A stretch of DNA of 64,000 nucleotides, from positions 32,001 to 96,000 of the forward strand of contig CAZNTG010000007.1 of the NCBI GenBank assembly GCA_964575955.1, in the 5' to 3' direction. The notes under the pieces were generated by a model. The model was given only the letters and a program-made list of their open reading frames with translations, made no database searches and was not told the origin of the DNA. This DNA comes from an uncultured Thermoproteaceae archaeon. GTDB taxonomy: Archaea; Thermoproteota; Thermoprotei; Thermoproteales; Thermocladiaceae. Positions 9,996 to 20,544 of the stretch are shown here, piece by piece; position 1 is the first letter of the stretch, and every line of letters starts with the position of its first letter. A program made the translations under genes and the position numbers.

Positions 9996-11702
9996 CTAAG
10001 CTTGATCTCGAAACAGAGTTTCTAGTATTCTCTCTGCCGAACTTAGGCAAAGTAGCGTTTCACTCAGTTTTTCTCCGTACAATGCTATATAGCCAGTATC
10101 ATAGGCTAGGCCAGCATGTGCGTAAAAGTTTCTGCAATCAGTATCTTTTTCTACACTTGTTATTAAAGCTCGTATTTCGTCCTTCTCTAATTCTATAAAC
10201 CAGGCATTTTCCGTTTTTGGCTCTACATAGACTTTGATGCTTCCATTCTTCACTATAAGCTTCTTCCACCCAAATTTCTCCTTGCCTCTTAGGTATCTTC
10301 TTATCTTCTTAAGCTCACACAAATTGATAGAGTATTGTGGGTCCTCATATAGTTCAACGTATTCTATAAGCTTATCGAGTGATATGCACAGAGCTGAATT
10401 AATCATTTGCTTCCAATTCTCAATCACTCCAATAAGCGGATCTACTTTTTCGCGATAGTTGTTTAGTTTCTGTAGAATATAGTCCAATATGTTGCTTACG
10501 GAATTTACATCGCGATGTATTTTGTTAAGTAACAACCTTAGAGTTTCTAAGACTAGAGACGCAATCACCACGATTATATGTGGAGTTTTTTCACCCCATC
10601 TATACGTTACTTTGAGGCTCTTATATGGAATCGTCCTTTCTTTTTTAAACTCCAGATATACATCTTTAGCACCATCAACTATATGATCTAGATGTGGTAC
10701 ATGATCTATGTCACTAGATAGTCTCAACGCCCAGACTAGTGCTCCACGTATGAATAGAAGTAACGTTTCAAGTATTTTCCTCCACTTAGACTTATCGATC
10801 TCCTTCCAAAATACATACATTTTTCCGGAGAGATTATTAAGACCTTCAACTTTAACTGAATTTTCAATTATAGAAAATAGTTGGTAAAGACTTATGCGGT
10901 TATTTTTAACTACAGAAATCTTACGTAAGAGGTGTAGCTTGAGCAATGGTTCCTCTGATTCTTTTGCCAGTGGGTCAGAGTTGTAGTGATATATTACTAG
11001 GTCTTCAAGACGGTTATTGATCGCTAGCCTATATAGAGCATAGATTAATGATGCTAGTACGACTCCTTGCGAAAATGCTGTGACGAGATAATTTATACCG
11101 TGCGTAGTGTCCATTAATATTGCTATTCTCCTAGCATCGTTAGACTCCTCAACGAACTTCTTATATATCCCTGCAACAATTATACCGCTGATGACGTCAT
11201 ATATGTGCTCTCCACGCCATGTTAACACGTCAGCACCTTTAGCAGTAGAAATTACGCCCGGAACAAAGACAACGAACTTCTTATACTCTTCATAGTCCTT
11301 CATCTCAAGTTCTTTGGCTAGCTCTTCTTTGGCATAGTATAGTTCCTTATAAAGACTATTAAGGATATCACGACGCTTAATATTTTGACTTTTCTCGAAA
11401 AACTCCGGATTTTCCAGTAATCTACTTAGTAGTATTGTATCTTGAGAAAACGCTAAGAGTCCCGGTTTAATGCCTACTTCCTTATGTAGGAAGTACTTGA
11501 GGGCCAATGTTGAGGATATGAATTTTCTGTTCAGAGGTACGGTACATTTTCCAAGTCCATTAGCTTCAAATTTCTCAAGCTCTATTAGATATTCTGCATG
11601 TTTCCACTCTTCAGGGTTTCCCCACGTAGCTGTCAGTAGTATGTAGTCGAAATACTCAAGAGCGTATCCCTTGGTTTTGCTAGAGATCGTCAGCGACATC
11701 AC
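9996..11702 (-). CDS. csx1: CRISPR-associated CARF-HEPN ribonuclease Csx1 (DxTHG family)
   Basis: TWGNPEEW..AEY N-terminus, DTTHGINY motif, C-terminal HEPN RNFYAH (RxxxxH). Confidence 0.9.
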   Translation of the reverse strand: MMSLTISSKTKGYALEYFDYILLTATWGNPEEWKHAEYLIELEKFEANGLGKCTVPLNRKFISSTLALKYFLHKEVGIKPGLLAFSQDTILLSRLLENPEFFEKSQNIKRRDILNSLYKELYYAKEELAKELEMKDYEEYKKFVVFVPGVISTAKGADVLTWRGEHIYDVISGIIVAGIYKKFVEESNDARRIAILMDTTHGINYLVTAFSQGVVLASLIYALYRLAINNRLEDLVIYHYNSDPLAKESEEPLLKLHLLRKISVVKNNRISLYQLFSIIENSVKVEGLNNLSGKMYVFWKEIDKSKWRKILETLLLFIRGALVWALRLSSDIDHVPHLDHIVDGAKDVYLEFKKERTIPYKSLKVTYRWGEKTPHIIVVIASLVLETLRLLLNKIHRDVNSVSNILDYILQKLNNYREKVDPLIGVIENWKQMINSALCISLDKLIEYVELYEDPQYSINLCELKKIRRYLRGKEKFGWKKLIVKNGSIKVYVEPKTENAWFIELEKDEIRALITSVEKDTDCRNFYAHAGLAYDTGYIALYGEKLSETLLCLSSAERILETLFRDQA

Positions 11703-12806
11703 CTATTGGTATAAAACTTCCAAATCCTACCATACTCAAGATTTTGTGTTCATAACTCTTGTTAGTCAGCTCAAGGAGCTCGTATAAGCCTTTGTTTTGT
11801 TTGTCGAGTTTTACTTCTTTGTCTAATTTTACGATTGAGCCTTCTAGGATTGCTGGACAAAGAGGTTTCCTCTTTTGAGCAGCCAAACTGAAACCAAGGC
11901 CGATTGTTGATAATGCACCTATATACTTGAGGTCGAAGTTCCATGCATTTACTATGGGTAGTGGTGATAGTAGAAGTGCGTAGACGAAACTTTTAGTCAT
12001 ATATCGTTCTAAGAGGATATCGATATCATCTCTAGCGTTACTATATACCTTCAATTCTATAACCCTCTGCTCACCGCCGAACTTAACTATGGAGACCTCA
12101 CCTATATTCTTTAAAAAGTCCTCTCCGTACTGTGTATTCTCAAAGAATACCTTGAATCTAATCTCTGTGTCTACTGGATAGGCTACATACCGTGCTACAT
12201 AAATGAAACTCTCTCTGCTTGTTTTGCGAGGAGTTTTACTCCTTGTCTCTAGCCCTATGCCAAGTCTCTCCAAACTACTGCGAAGACTCCTCTCTTTATG
12301 CACTAATTCGTACCTCTTCAAATCATGTTCTTCAATTTTGTACAAAATCTCAACTAATTCATCTAGCTTTGTTAGGTCAAAATCTTTACTGTCCTCATAA
12401 AAAATGTCAAAGAGTTCGTAAATAATGATCTTATTATGAGACAGCATGTATAGTAACTGACGTAGATTAACAACGTAAATCTTCTTTCCGAGTCTGAATG
12501 GAACATAAGTCTCTCCATGACATACAATATAAGGTCCTCTTACGGCCTCTACACCTACTCTCCTAAAATATTGTTCGTATTCTCTTAATATGTCAGTCCA
12601 AGAGATCATTCTCTGACTTTTTTTTTCCAACTCTGTTCGTAATGTTCGGAGATAAGGCTACATAGTAAACCTGCGAAGGTACTTGGCCTAGGCAGTAGTA
12701 ACGAGGACGCATATGCAAACACACCACGTGAACTAGGATCAAACTCTCCTGATGAACGAAGCATTAGAGGTTCCAGAGGCTTTAATCCTATGGTGACTGT
12801 GTACAT
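11680..12806 (-). pseudogene. cmr3: Cmr3 (Cas5-like RAMP), split into two frames (12606-12806 and 11680-12630) at an A9 tract
   Basis: N-part has PLEPLMLR ... PRPSTFAG; C-part has RLGIGL, FGGEQR, LLSP, RKPL...I.EGS and GFG. The two frames overlap across TGG AAAAAAAAA GTC. May be functional via slippage or coupling, or an assembly error. Confidence 0.85.
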
Positions 12807-15800
12807 TATCTCATTCCTGAGTGAACTAACTTTGCAGCTTTAATAATGTTTACGATAAGTGGGGACAGTTCGTCCTTCTTGCTGATCGAAGCTATCCCTA
12901 GCACATCCTGTAATAAGGCGTCGTAGAGCTTCCCTAAGTCTACATAGCCTCTACTAACGACTTCCCGTATGATGTCGTCCTTAGTAAAGAAGAGATGTAG
13001 AAACACGATTCTGAATACAGTCTTGGCATCATTTTCTGATCGGACATTCTTCCTCACAACATTATAGCAGAGCCTACATGTGGACAAAATAACGTCCAGG
13101 AAGTTCTTACGTTCAATGCAATGGAGTACTTTTTCTAAGGCTTTTTCGATATATGTGAAGTCGTAGAATATGTTATGACTAACTATCTTAGCTCTCTTTC
13201 CTTCTCCATCTTCATTAGGAAATCTCTCATCGCTAAGCTTCAACATTTTCCTTATATTAAGCACTAGCTTAGCGATATCCTCCAGATCGTCGACCGAATT
13301 ATCTACTATTGGTCTTTTCCAAGTCAACGGTATAACTGTTAGTTCCTCTCCTCCTCTTGGACTGTATGCGAGGACGAGCATATCCTTCTTCGAGCTCTTC
13401 TTGTTAAGTGATTTATCGTAAAACGTGAGGATAAACTCATCCTTAACATCGTCAAGTAACTTAGCTGATCTTTCTAAGATTACCGAAAGCGGGTAGTGAT
13501 AGTGGGCAATGTATATACAGTAACTCCTGCCAGCGCTCGGAAGCATGGGTAAGTATGCTTCATTCAACTTCAGGAAGCCTTTCTCAAGGATAAATCCTCC
13601 TGTAAGATCCTGAGGTAATGAGACACCGCTGAATGCTCTCCTTGTCATATAGACTACATCGAGAACTTTGTCAATAGGTACAAATGCGAGTAAATCGTCG
13701 CCACCAGCATAGATCACAAGTCCGTCAAGTTCGTTGATTATGGCAATGTCTAGCAGTGCGGCTCTCATTAGTGCCGAGCTTATAGCAACATGGTAAGTTG
13801 GTGTTACAATAAGTCTGAGTTCCTGCTCTAGGAGGTTCCCGAGGGTGCTGTAGACCTTATTAATGCGTTTTTTGGCGTCTTCTTTAGCTTGCTCTTCGTT
13901 TTGGACCGCATGTTTCTGTATAGCACTGGTCAGGCGACTGATCCAGTGGCTAAGAATACCTTTGTCTTCCCCATCTAGCTTAACCTCAATACATGAAGAT
14001 ATGAATTTTCTAAGATCACCCTCACAGGAGTTTCTGAAGTATCGTATCAGAAATTCGCGTGCCTTCCTTAATTCATCGCGGCTCGTTAACTCTCTCCTCT
14101 TAAGCTTAAAGTAAAAGTTTGTATCTATGATTCCGGATAAGAAAGCTGTTAGCATACCTTCAAGTAGATCACTCATGGAGTCAGCATCGGCTCTGACGAC
14201 CGCGTAGTACCTCCAACACCACTTAAGCAAGCTAAGCTGCCCAAATAATTCATTCCACGCCTTACGTCTTTCACTACGGAACCACATTTCTTCCGGTTCT
14301 AAGGACATAACAGTGTATAATATTGCCTCATTTCCTTCCTCATATTGAGATAGTTCACGAGCTTTATCACGAGTCTTTTCAGCCAACCTGTGTTCAAAGA
14401 GCCATACTGGAGTCGGTGCAAGCATTAACCTTAATCTGAATGGTATATGCTTACCAAGTGAAATCTGTCTGACCCACTTGTCAGGCTTTTCTACAAGCTT
14501 CTCTTTTAATCTTGCTGATGCAACATCTGATGTTGAGGGGAATCTTATTCTCTCCTTAGCATCTCTAACTAGTCCGTTTACAAATGTGTCAACGTTATCT
14601 TTTCTAAGTTCTAGTCCTCTTATCAGTGCGTCCAGAAATCTTGGCTCAAGACTTATTACTCTCTTCAGGAAACACCATGGACATAGTTTCTCTCCAGGCG
14701 AAAAGACTATTTTTAATTTCGATAGCGCCTCTATAATCTTGGATCTTTCATCCGTTCTCCACCACTTTTGTATGAACTCTTCCAGTGCTTTATGTCTGTC
14801 TTGTGTGTTCTTGAGTAGCTTAACTATTTCGCTAGGTTTTTGGCCTCTCTCAACTGCATAGTATATGTATATGCCAAATTCGTCTTCTGCCGGATCCTCC
14901 TCACTTTCACGAGATGGTAGGATTATTATCGCAGGTAACTTTCCGCAACATGTGCAGTAATCAAAACCTTTCTCCGAGAGTTTTGGAAAGCCTAGACCGG
15001 TATGACTATCAAAAGCATGTAGAGTCAGTTCACGTAAATTTAACTCTATCGCTGGATCTCTATGCCTGCACTTCCACAAGGCAATTCTGCGTGAAAGTTC
15101 CCTATACTTTTTATCGTAAAGTCTCCACACTTCATCAGTAGTAACTTTCTCATTAATTATAACTACTTCACACTTTAAGGCGAGCGGAGGCTTACTAGCG
15201 AAGGATGCACTGGTAAATGTCTCATTATAGTACTCGAATGCTTTTCTTATAAATTTCCATACAATGTCATCCTCTTTTCCCTCACTTGAGCATGAATACT
15301 TCTCAGCAATTTTCCACAATATACTCCATCCTTCTGCGAATCTTTTTCTAAAATATTCCTTCAAGTCCTCTATATCACTGAGAGACTTGCTTACGTACTT
15401 GCTTAGCACATCTAGAGGTGGCAATATCAATGTTGTACGGCCCGGTATAATCGCGTACGGAGGTATCCCCAAAGATTGATACATTTGGTACAGGGAGTCT
15501 GTCAGATAAACTGATCTTTTGAGGAGCTTTTCTAGCTCTCTCCATACGTCTGCTGAACCGTTTTCTACTAGCCTCTGTCTAAGCCAGTGTGCATAGAATG
15601 GGTTTAACCTCATGCTTGGCGTTAAGACTACATCAGGTCCTAGCTTCTCAACAAGTTCTATAATTGTGAACCATATTAAAGCTGAGACCACGTAACTTGA
15701 AGTCCATGAATCTCGCAACTTGCGGCTAGAGGCTATGTACTCTTGTGTACTAGCAACGTCTAGGCCTACAAGAAGACCCCTTATTTCTCCAGGATTACTG

Positions 15801-16318
15801 AAGGTCCAGTTAATCATTGCGGCGGTAGCATAGTCATGATCAAAGACGCTATGTGTTGGAGTCCTTGTATCAGCAGGACCTAGCGGTAAGCCTTTGTGAA
15901 GCCACAGAAGCTCATAGAGAAAGTAGAACACGTGATACTTGATATTATCAGGCGTACGAGCAATATAATCTCTCAGCGATTGCACATATTCGTTAACCTT
16001 ATCTTCGTCGATCTTTGCAGGCAGTTCAATTTCGCATGTAGGTTCAAGAATATTCTTCAGCTTCTTCTTTTCTTCCTTAAAGAGACCAGGTATGTACCTT
16101 TCTCCTTCGATAATGCTTAGTAAGTATCTGTCGAAACTAGACGCAACCTTATCTGCACTCTTAACTCTGGGATCTTGCAATTTTTCACTAATTTCTTCAC
16201 CGAAGACTATCCTTGCAATTTCTCTGGCTTTTTCTTCATGTTCTCCTAAGACCCAAGGCTTATGTGGAGGGTCATGGAGAAGTGCAGCAATTTTAAGTTT
16301 GATAAACTCACCTAGCAT
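12806..16318 (-). CDS. cas10: Cas10/Cmr2 (type III-B) with HD domain and GGDD cyclase palm
   Basis: LLHDPPHK (HD), PADTRTPTHSVFDH, QEYIASSRKLRD.W.SS, Zn finger CTCC...CPWC, IYAGGDDLL. Confidence 0.95.
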   Translation of the reverse strand: MLGEFIKLKIAALLHDPPHKPWVLGEHEEKAREIARIVFGEEISEKLQDPRVKSADKVASSFDRYLLSIIEGERYIPGLFKEEKKKLKNILEPTCEIELPAKIDEDKVNEYVQSLRDYIARTPDNIKYHVFYFLYELLWLHKGLPLGPADTRTPTHSVFDHDYATAAMINWTFSNPGEIRGLLVGLDVASTQEYIASSRKLRDSWTSSYVVSALIWFTIIELVEKLGPDVVLTPSMRLNPFYAHWLRQRLVENGSADVWRELEKLLKRSVYLTDSLYQMYQSLGIPPYAIIPGRTTLILPPLDVLSKYVSKSLSDIEDLKEYFRKRFAEGWSILWKIAEKYSCSSEGKEDDIVWKFIRKAFEYYNETFTSASFASKPPLALKCEVVIINEKVTTDEVWRLYDKKYRELSRRIALWKCRHRDPAIELNLRELTLHAFDSHTGLGFPKLSEKGFDYCTCCGKLPAIIILPSRESEEDPAEDEFGIYIYYAVERGQKPSEIVKLLKNTQDRHKALEEFIQKWWRTDERSKIIEALSKLKIVFSPGEKLCPWCFLKRVISLEPRFLDALIRGLELRKDNVDTFVNGLVRDAKERIRFPSTSDVASARLKEKLVEKPDKWVRQISLGKHIPFRLRLMLAPTPVWLFEHRLAEKTRDKARELSQYEEGNEAILYTVMSLEPEEMWFRSERRKAWNELFGQLSLLKWCWRYYAVVRADADSMSDLLEGMLTAFLSGIIDTNFYFKLKRRELTSRDELRKAREFLIRYFRNSCEGDLRKFISSCIEVKLDGEDKGILSHWISRLTSAIQKHAVQNEEQAKEDAKKRINKVYSTLGNLLEQELRLIVTPTYHVAISSALMRAALLDIAIINELDGLVIYAGGDDLLAFVPIDKVLDVVYMTRRAFSGVSLPQDLTGGFILEKGFLKLNEAYLPMLPSAGRSYCIYIAHYHYPLSVILERSAKLLDDVKDEFILTFYDKSLNKKSSKKDMLVLAYSPRGGEELTVIPLTWKRPIVDNSVDDLEDIAKLVLNIRKMLKLSDERFPNEDGEGKRAKIVSHNIFYDFTYIEKALEKVLHCIERKNFLDVILSTCRLCYNVVRKNVRSENDAKTVFRIVFLHLFFTKDDIIREVVSRGYVDLGKLYDALLQDVLGIASISKKDELSPLIVNIIKAAKLVHSGMR

Positions 16319-16322
16319 GCTC

Positions 16323-17369
16323 TCACTTCTTCTCGGTTAGTCTAAGGGACTTATATTCTACGATCGTAAACCTTGAATATCCAACTGAGGTTTTAGCACC
16401 AATACCTCTAGCAAAAGCATGAAGGATAGCACGGTCTACATAGGGTATAATATTTGCACTAGGTTTATTGCATCTTTGAAGGGCTTCACTTAAGTCTAGG
16501 ACAAGTTCGTCATGGTATAGTGCCCTGTCAAGAGCTTCAGCGGCTTTTATTACTTCTGATTTCGCTAAATCCTGATATCTCACCGTTCCGAGTCTTCTTA
16601 GTCTTCTCTTCTTGTGTAGTTCTCTCATCTTTTGCGAGAAAACGTACTTTAATCCATATGTCTCCTTGTTGAAATATACGTAGAATTGGAACTCCACGCC
16701 TGGAGCGATTGTGAGAAAAAGCACAGGATTTGGCTTAACGTCAAGCTCTGTCTTAGCGCAAGGATAGTGTGGTGTTAGTACGTCAGGCTCAAATAACCTA
16801 CCACCCTCGCCAGATTTAACAGGATAAGCATCTGTCACACCAACAAGCCCTGATAGACCCTCTTTACCAAAGATTATGTCGGCGATTTCTTTGGCCTGGC
16901 TGTTATCAGTAATTTCGCGTCGTATAAGTTCTTCCAAAGCTTGCCTAAACGCACCTTTTAATGTAGAGCCGGGTATAAAGGGAACATTGAGTACAGGATC
17001 GAAAAATAGACCTACTTCAAAGGGTACTTGTGCGAAGGACTCACTTGTACCAACTATAACCCTACTGATGGCCTTGACCTTACAGACTTTGACGTAATAT
17101 CCGTTCGCTAGAAGAGCTTCTTCGACCTCTTTTAAGTTGCGTTTCACATAATCACTAGCTTCGATCTTAAAGTTTCTACAAACTTCTTCGAGTAGACGTC
17201 TCTTATCGTCGTTAATATTATAGCCTTTAGCCTTTTTACACATGATATAAGTTCCCCTAAGTGTAACGTAAGACAAGAGATTATACGAGACTAGATTAAC
17301 ACCTCTGGTCTGATTTAGTAGTTCTAACAGCCTGTGGAACATTGCATCTACCTTCTCGAAATGTTTCAT
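16323..17369 (-). CDS. cmr6: Cmr6 RAMP
   Basis: EVGL..DP..NVPFIPGSTLKGA, DAYP, DVLTPHY, PNPV.FLT, GIGAKTSVGY. Confidence 0.92.
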   Translation of the reverse strand: MKHFEKVDAMFHRLLELLNQTRGVNLVSYNLLSYVTLRGTYIMCKKAKGYNINDDKRRLLEEVCRNFKIEASDYVKRNLKEVEEALLANGYYVKVCKVKAISRVIVGTSESFAQVPFEVGLFFDPVLNVPFIPGSTLKGAFRQALEELIRREITDNSQAKEIADIIFGKEGLSGLVGVTDAYPVKSGEGGRLFEPDVLTPHYPCAKTELDVKPNPVLFLTIAPGVEFQFYVYFNKETYGLKYVFSQKMRELHKKRRLRRLGTVRYQDLAKSEVIKAAEALDRALYHDELVLDLSEALQRCNKPSANIIPYVDRAILHAFARGIGAKTSVGYSRFTIVEYKSLRLTEKK

Positions 17370-18838
17370 CTCATAGGTCTATCAATTTCGATTATCTTTG
17401 AAATTCTTTCAATCGCATCTTTAAGCACTTCATCTATCTTTATAGAACTTGCTATAGGAGCTACTTCAAAACTACATCGATGCACATGAGCTCCTACGTG
17501 AACTAATTGGCGCAAGATTTCGTTCCATTCGTAGGTCTTGAATGCAAATATTGCAACATAGTACTTCCCTTTGCCCACTGGTATTATAGTAAACCTTATA
17601 GGGGACTTTCTACGTAGCTTAAGATCTCGCTTACTGTCACCCAGGAAGTAGTAACCAGTAGGGATCCTTACTTTGTTTCTTTCTACTTCTACCCTCACTA
17701 GGTCAATTAGCTCTCGCACTTTCATGTCATCTGCCTGAATAGAATTTTTTATTTTGTTAATTGCGTTTTGTAGTTCTCTTTTGACGCTGTCCTCCCTCCT
17801 TGAGTCGGACAATATAAGTGGCTCCTGCGAGCGTGGTAAACCTAGAATCCATGTGTGATAATTCTTCCCTGCAATATTTCGAGCTTCTCTTAGAGCCTTG
17901 CCAAAGCTTAGCCCTTGTCTTCTAACGTCCAATGCTTTCCAGTAGCTTTTCAGGGTGGCATGTCCCAGGGTTACCAGTATATCCTTAACATTTCTGAATT
18001 CTCTTCTAGGCACATGGATAATCATTAATTTGTCTACTAGTGCGATCTCAACTATGGGATTATCCTTTGAGACTCCTTCAAGGTATTTACCAACATACCT
18101 GTCAAATGATTCAAGTGACCTTAACACTTCTTTTGCGTGGGAAACGCCTTCCCTGATAATTTCCTTCAGACAATCTCTCACATGCTCTGGTGATGTTGAA
18201 CTATATAGCCTACTAATAATGTTATTTGGCTTTTCAAGTTTGTCCACATTTAAGATTCTGAATTTACCAAATCCTCTTGAAGTAGCTTTGCCGATACCAT
18301 CAAACAGTAATGCTATGATTAAGGACCAAACAGCAAATTTGTCCTCGGTATGTGTAGTCTTTCTATTCCTCAGAATGGCAACTGTAAAACGTGTTCCTTC
18401 CGCGATAGCTTTATCGTAGAACCTTCTGAGTAGCTTAATTCGCGGAACCTCTCCATAGGTTCTATCACAAATTTCAATGCCTTCACACACTTTGGCCGAG
18501 TTTAAGGGTTCCACGAGAATAGAGTACTTTGATTGTCCTTCATTACTGCCTGATCCTCCGAGAATTTTACTTACAAGCTTGTCAAGACATGTAAGATCTG
18601 TACAAATGTTGTAGTCTTCTTTCAATGCTGCCGCGATAAGCGCTCTAGCCCACCAACGCCAGACCCCCTTGATGGAGGATTCTCTCAAACTCTCGTATCC
18701 AAGGTCATTGTGATAACGTCTGGCATCATAACCTCCAATTAACAGAGGGGTGATGACTTCAAGCTCTATACGACATATGGTGTCTGCGTCTAAAAGCTGT
18801 TGCTGTAAGTCCCTGTATATATCTTCACTAGAACACAT
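17366..18838 (-). CDS. cmr1: Cmr1 RAMP
   Basis: LEVITPLLIGG, LRESSIKGVWRWWARA, GIGKATSRGFG, ILGLPR, RRKSP. Confidence 0.92.
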   Translation of the reverse strand: MCSSEDIYRDLQQQLLDADTICRIELEVITPLLIGGYDARRYHNDLGYESLRESSIKGVWRWWARALIAAALKEDYNICTDLTCLDKLVSKILGGSGSNEGQSKYSILVEPLNSAKVCEGIEICDRTYGEVPRIKLLRRFYDKAIAEGTRFTVAILRNRKTTHTEDKFAVWSLIIALLFDGIGKATSRGFGKFRILNVDKLEKPNNIISRLYSSTSPEHVRDCLKEIIREGVSHAKEVLRSLESFDRYVGKYLEGVSKDNPIVEIALVDKLMIIHVPRREFRNVKDILVTLGHATLKSYWKALDVRRQGLSFGKALREARNIAGKNYHTWILGLPRSQEPLILSDSRREDSVKRELQNAINKIKNSIQADDMKVRELIDLVRVEVERNKVRIPTGYYFLGDSKRDLKLRRKSPIRFTIIPVGKGKYYVAIFAFKTYEWNEILRQLVHVGAHVHRCSFEVAPIASSIKIDEVLKDAIERISKIIEIDRPMR

Positions 18839-18840
18839 AT

Positions 18841-19230
18841 CTACCCACTCCTAGCTCTCCATGTAGCCTCACAGAGACGTTTAAACTCTATTAAAAACGG
18901 ACGTAGTAACTGCACTATGATAGTAGACTTCGGGTGTATCTCGTTGAGTATTCCATCGGGATTACTGAATGCGTCATTCGGATCCTTTGTGATTACTTGC
19001 AAGTCCTTTAAGTATCTTAGCATAGCCTTAACATAGAGTTCGTAAGACTTATTCTCCTTAGCTTTGGCAAAACAGAAGCTTAATGCAGGTATTAGCCCTA
19101 GTTCCTCTATTAGCTCTGGTATCTGTCTTGCCCTCGTTCTCAGTTCTGATCCTAGTTCTTCGTTTGGCCCGACTTCTTGTTTTATCTCCATGAATATCCT
19201 AATAGCTTCTCCTAAGGGATCAAGCTTCAT
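18841..19230 (-). CDS. cmr5: Cmr5 small subunit
   Basis: R.RARQIPELI...GLIPALSF..AK and C-terminal FKRLCEA; operon position. Confidence 0.9.
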   Translation of the reverse strand: MKLDPLGEAIRIFMEIKQEVGPNEELGSELRTRARQIPELIEELGLIPALSFCFAKAKENKSYELYVKAMLRYLKDLQVITKDPNDAFSNPDGILNEIHPKSTIIVQLLRPFLIEFKRLCEATWRARSG

Positions 19231-19256
19231 ACCACGCTCGGCCTAGTGATATACTA

Positions 19257-20390
19257 TTAACCTAGCAACATTAACTTTACCGCTCCTTTTCCTATTGTCT
19301 CGTGTCCCCCAACTATAAGGTAATTCCTCAAATGTTGTTCTATGATTTCTTTGAATGCTTTTCTTAGTTCTTTTACAATCTCCTCGTTGGCCTTAATATA
19401 ATCTCCACTATGGATTAGTTTCATGATTTCATTCTTATCTTTCAGTAGTCCCAGCTTGTTGAGAGACTCTACATAGTCTTCGGCACTAATTTCCCCTTCC
19501 TTTTTGTTTAGTATGCTTCTTACATAGCTTTCACTCAGGGGAGGTCGCTTGTACAGTATCAATGTATGAAGTCTGGCTTTCGTGGGTAAATACTCTTCCG
19601 TCCAGGGTCCTGCTTCAACGGTCTTTGTATCCTTTCTAAGCCTTACACGTGTAAGTCTTATGATGCCTCTATCAATAACGTACCTAGCAGTCTCATCATG
19701 CAGCACGAGCAGCGGCCTATCAAGTCCCAGTACATTTAGTATGTTCCTATCCTTATCTTCGCTTTTTGGTTTAACTAAAACTTCCTCTATAAGAATTATT
19801 GGCTCTCCTTCAAGTTTTTCTATGCGAAGACCACTACAATCTCCTACACATATACACTCATCTTCTTTCAAATCTTCCGCCTGTTCTAAAAGTTTCTTCA
19901 TTCTGTCTCTAAGCATCACGACCTTACTTTCTAAGCTGGCTTGTCTTTCACTAGCTCCTTGATGTTTATTAGAGAATTCAGTAACAAGTTCTACTCTCTC
20001 CACAAATCTCTTTAACAATAGTGGCGACGTCACATACGCGTAAATACCTCTTAAGCTTCTCACAGGCATAGTCAGAAGATATGCGTCAAGTATGGCAATG
20101 CTCGACTCAAAGGTCTCTCCGCTTTCTGGTTCAGGTCCTAGAAGTGTCATTACTGCCTTACGTGCCTTCTCATAGTCGCCATTGTATTCCTTAGCGAATG
20201 CGTACAACAATGCTGTCTTTAAAGCTCCCTTAATACTTGAACTGTAGATACATGGATATTCATACTCGTCTCTCTGAATAGGAAGGTCAACTATGCCTCC
20301 AAATCTACCCGCGCCGCAGTGTACGTTTGTGACCGCGATTATTAGAGCAACATCAACTTCAAGGTATATAGCAGGTATTTTAAAGGCCAA
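19257..20390 (-). CDS. cmr4: Cmr4 backbone endoribonuclease
   Basis: TNVHCGAG...VDLPIQRD (catalytic Asp retained), SSSIKGALK, WTEEYLP, GGHETIGKG. Confidence 0.95.
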   Translation of the reverse strand: MAFKIPAIYLEVDVALIIAVTNVHCGAGRFGGIVDLPIQRDEYEYPCIYSSSIKGALKTALLYAFAKEYNGDYEKARKAVMTLLGPEPESGETFESSIAILDAYLLTMPVRSLRGIYAYVTSPLLLKRFVERVELVTEFSNKHQGASERQASLESKVVMLRDRMKKLLEQAEDLKEDECICVGDCSGLRIEKLEGEPIILIEEVLVKPKSEDKDRNILNVLGLDRPLLVLHDETARYVIDRGIIRLTRVRLRKDTKTVEAGPWTEEYLPTKARLHTLILYKRPPLSESYVRSILNKKEGEISAEDYVESLNKLGLLKDKNEIMKLIHSGDYIKANEEIVKELRKAFKEIIEQHLRNYLIVGGHETIGKGAVKLMLLG

Positions 20391-20544
20391 GACTTGCCAC
20401 CCGGCTATCCTTATTTGGTTTCGAATTTACAACCTTATCTCCCTATCCTGAAAATAATGCAGCTTTCTAACATCACCTTAATTTTAGAAGACGAGAAACT
20501 TCATATGAAAATACTAATGAGATAGAGATATTTCAAGAAAACTA

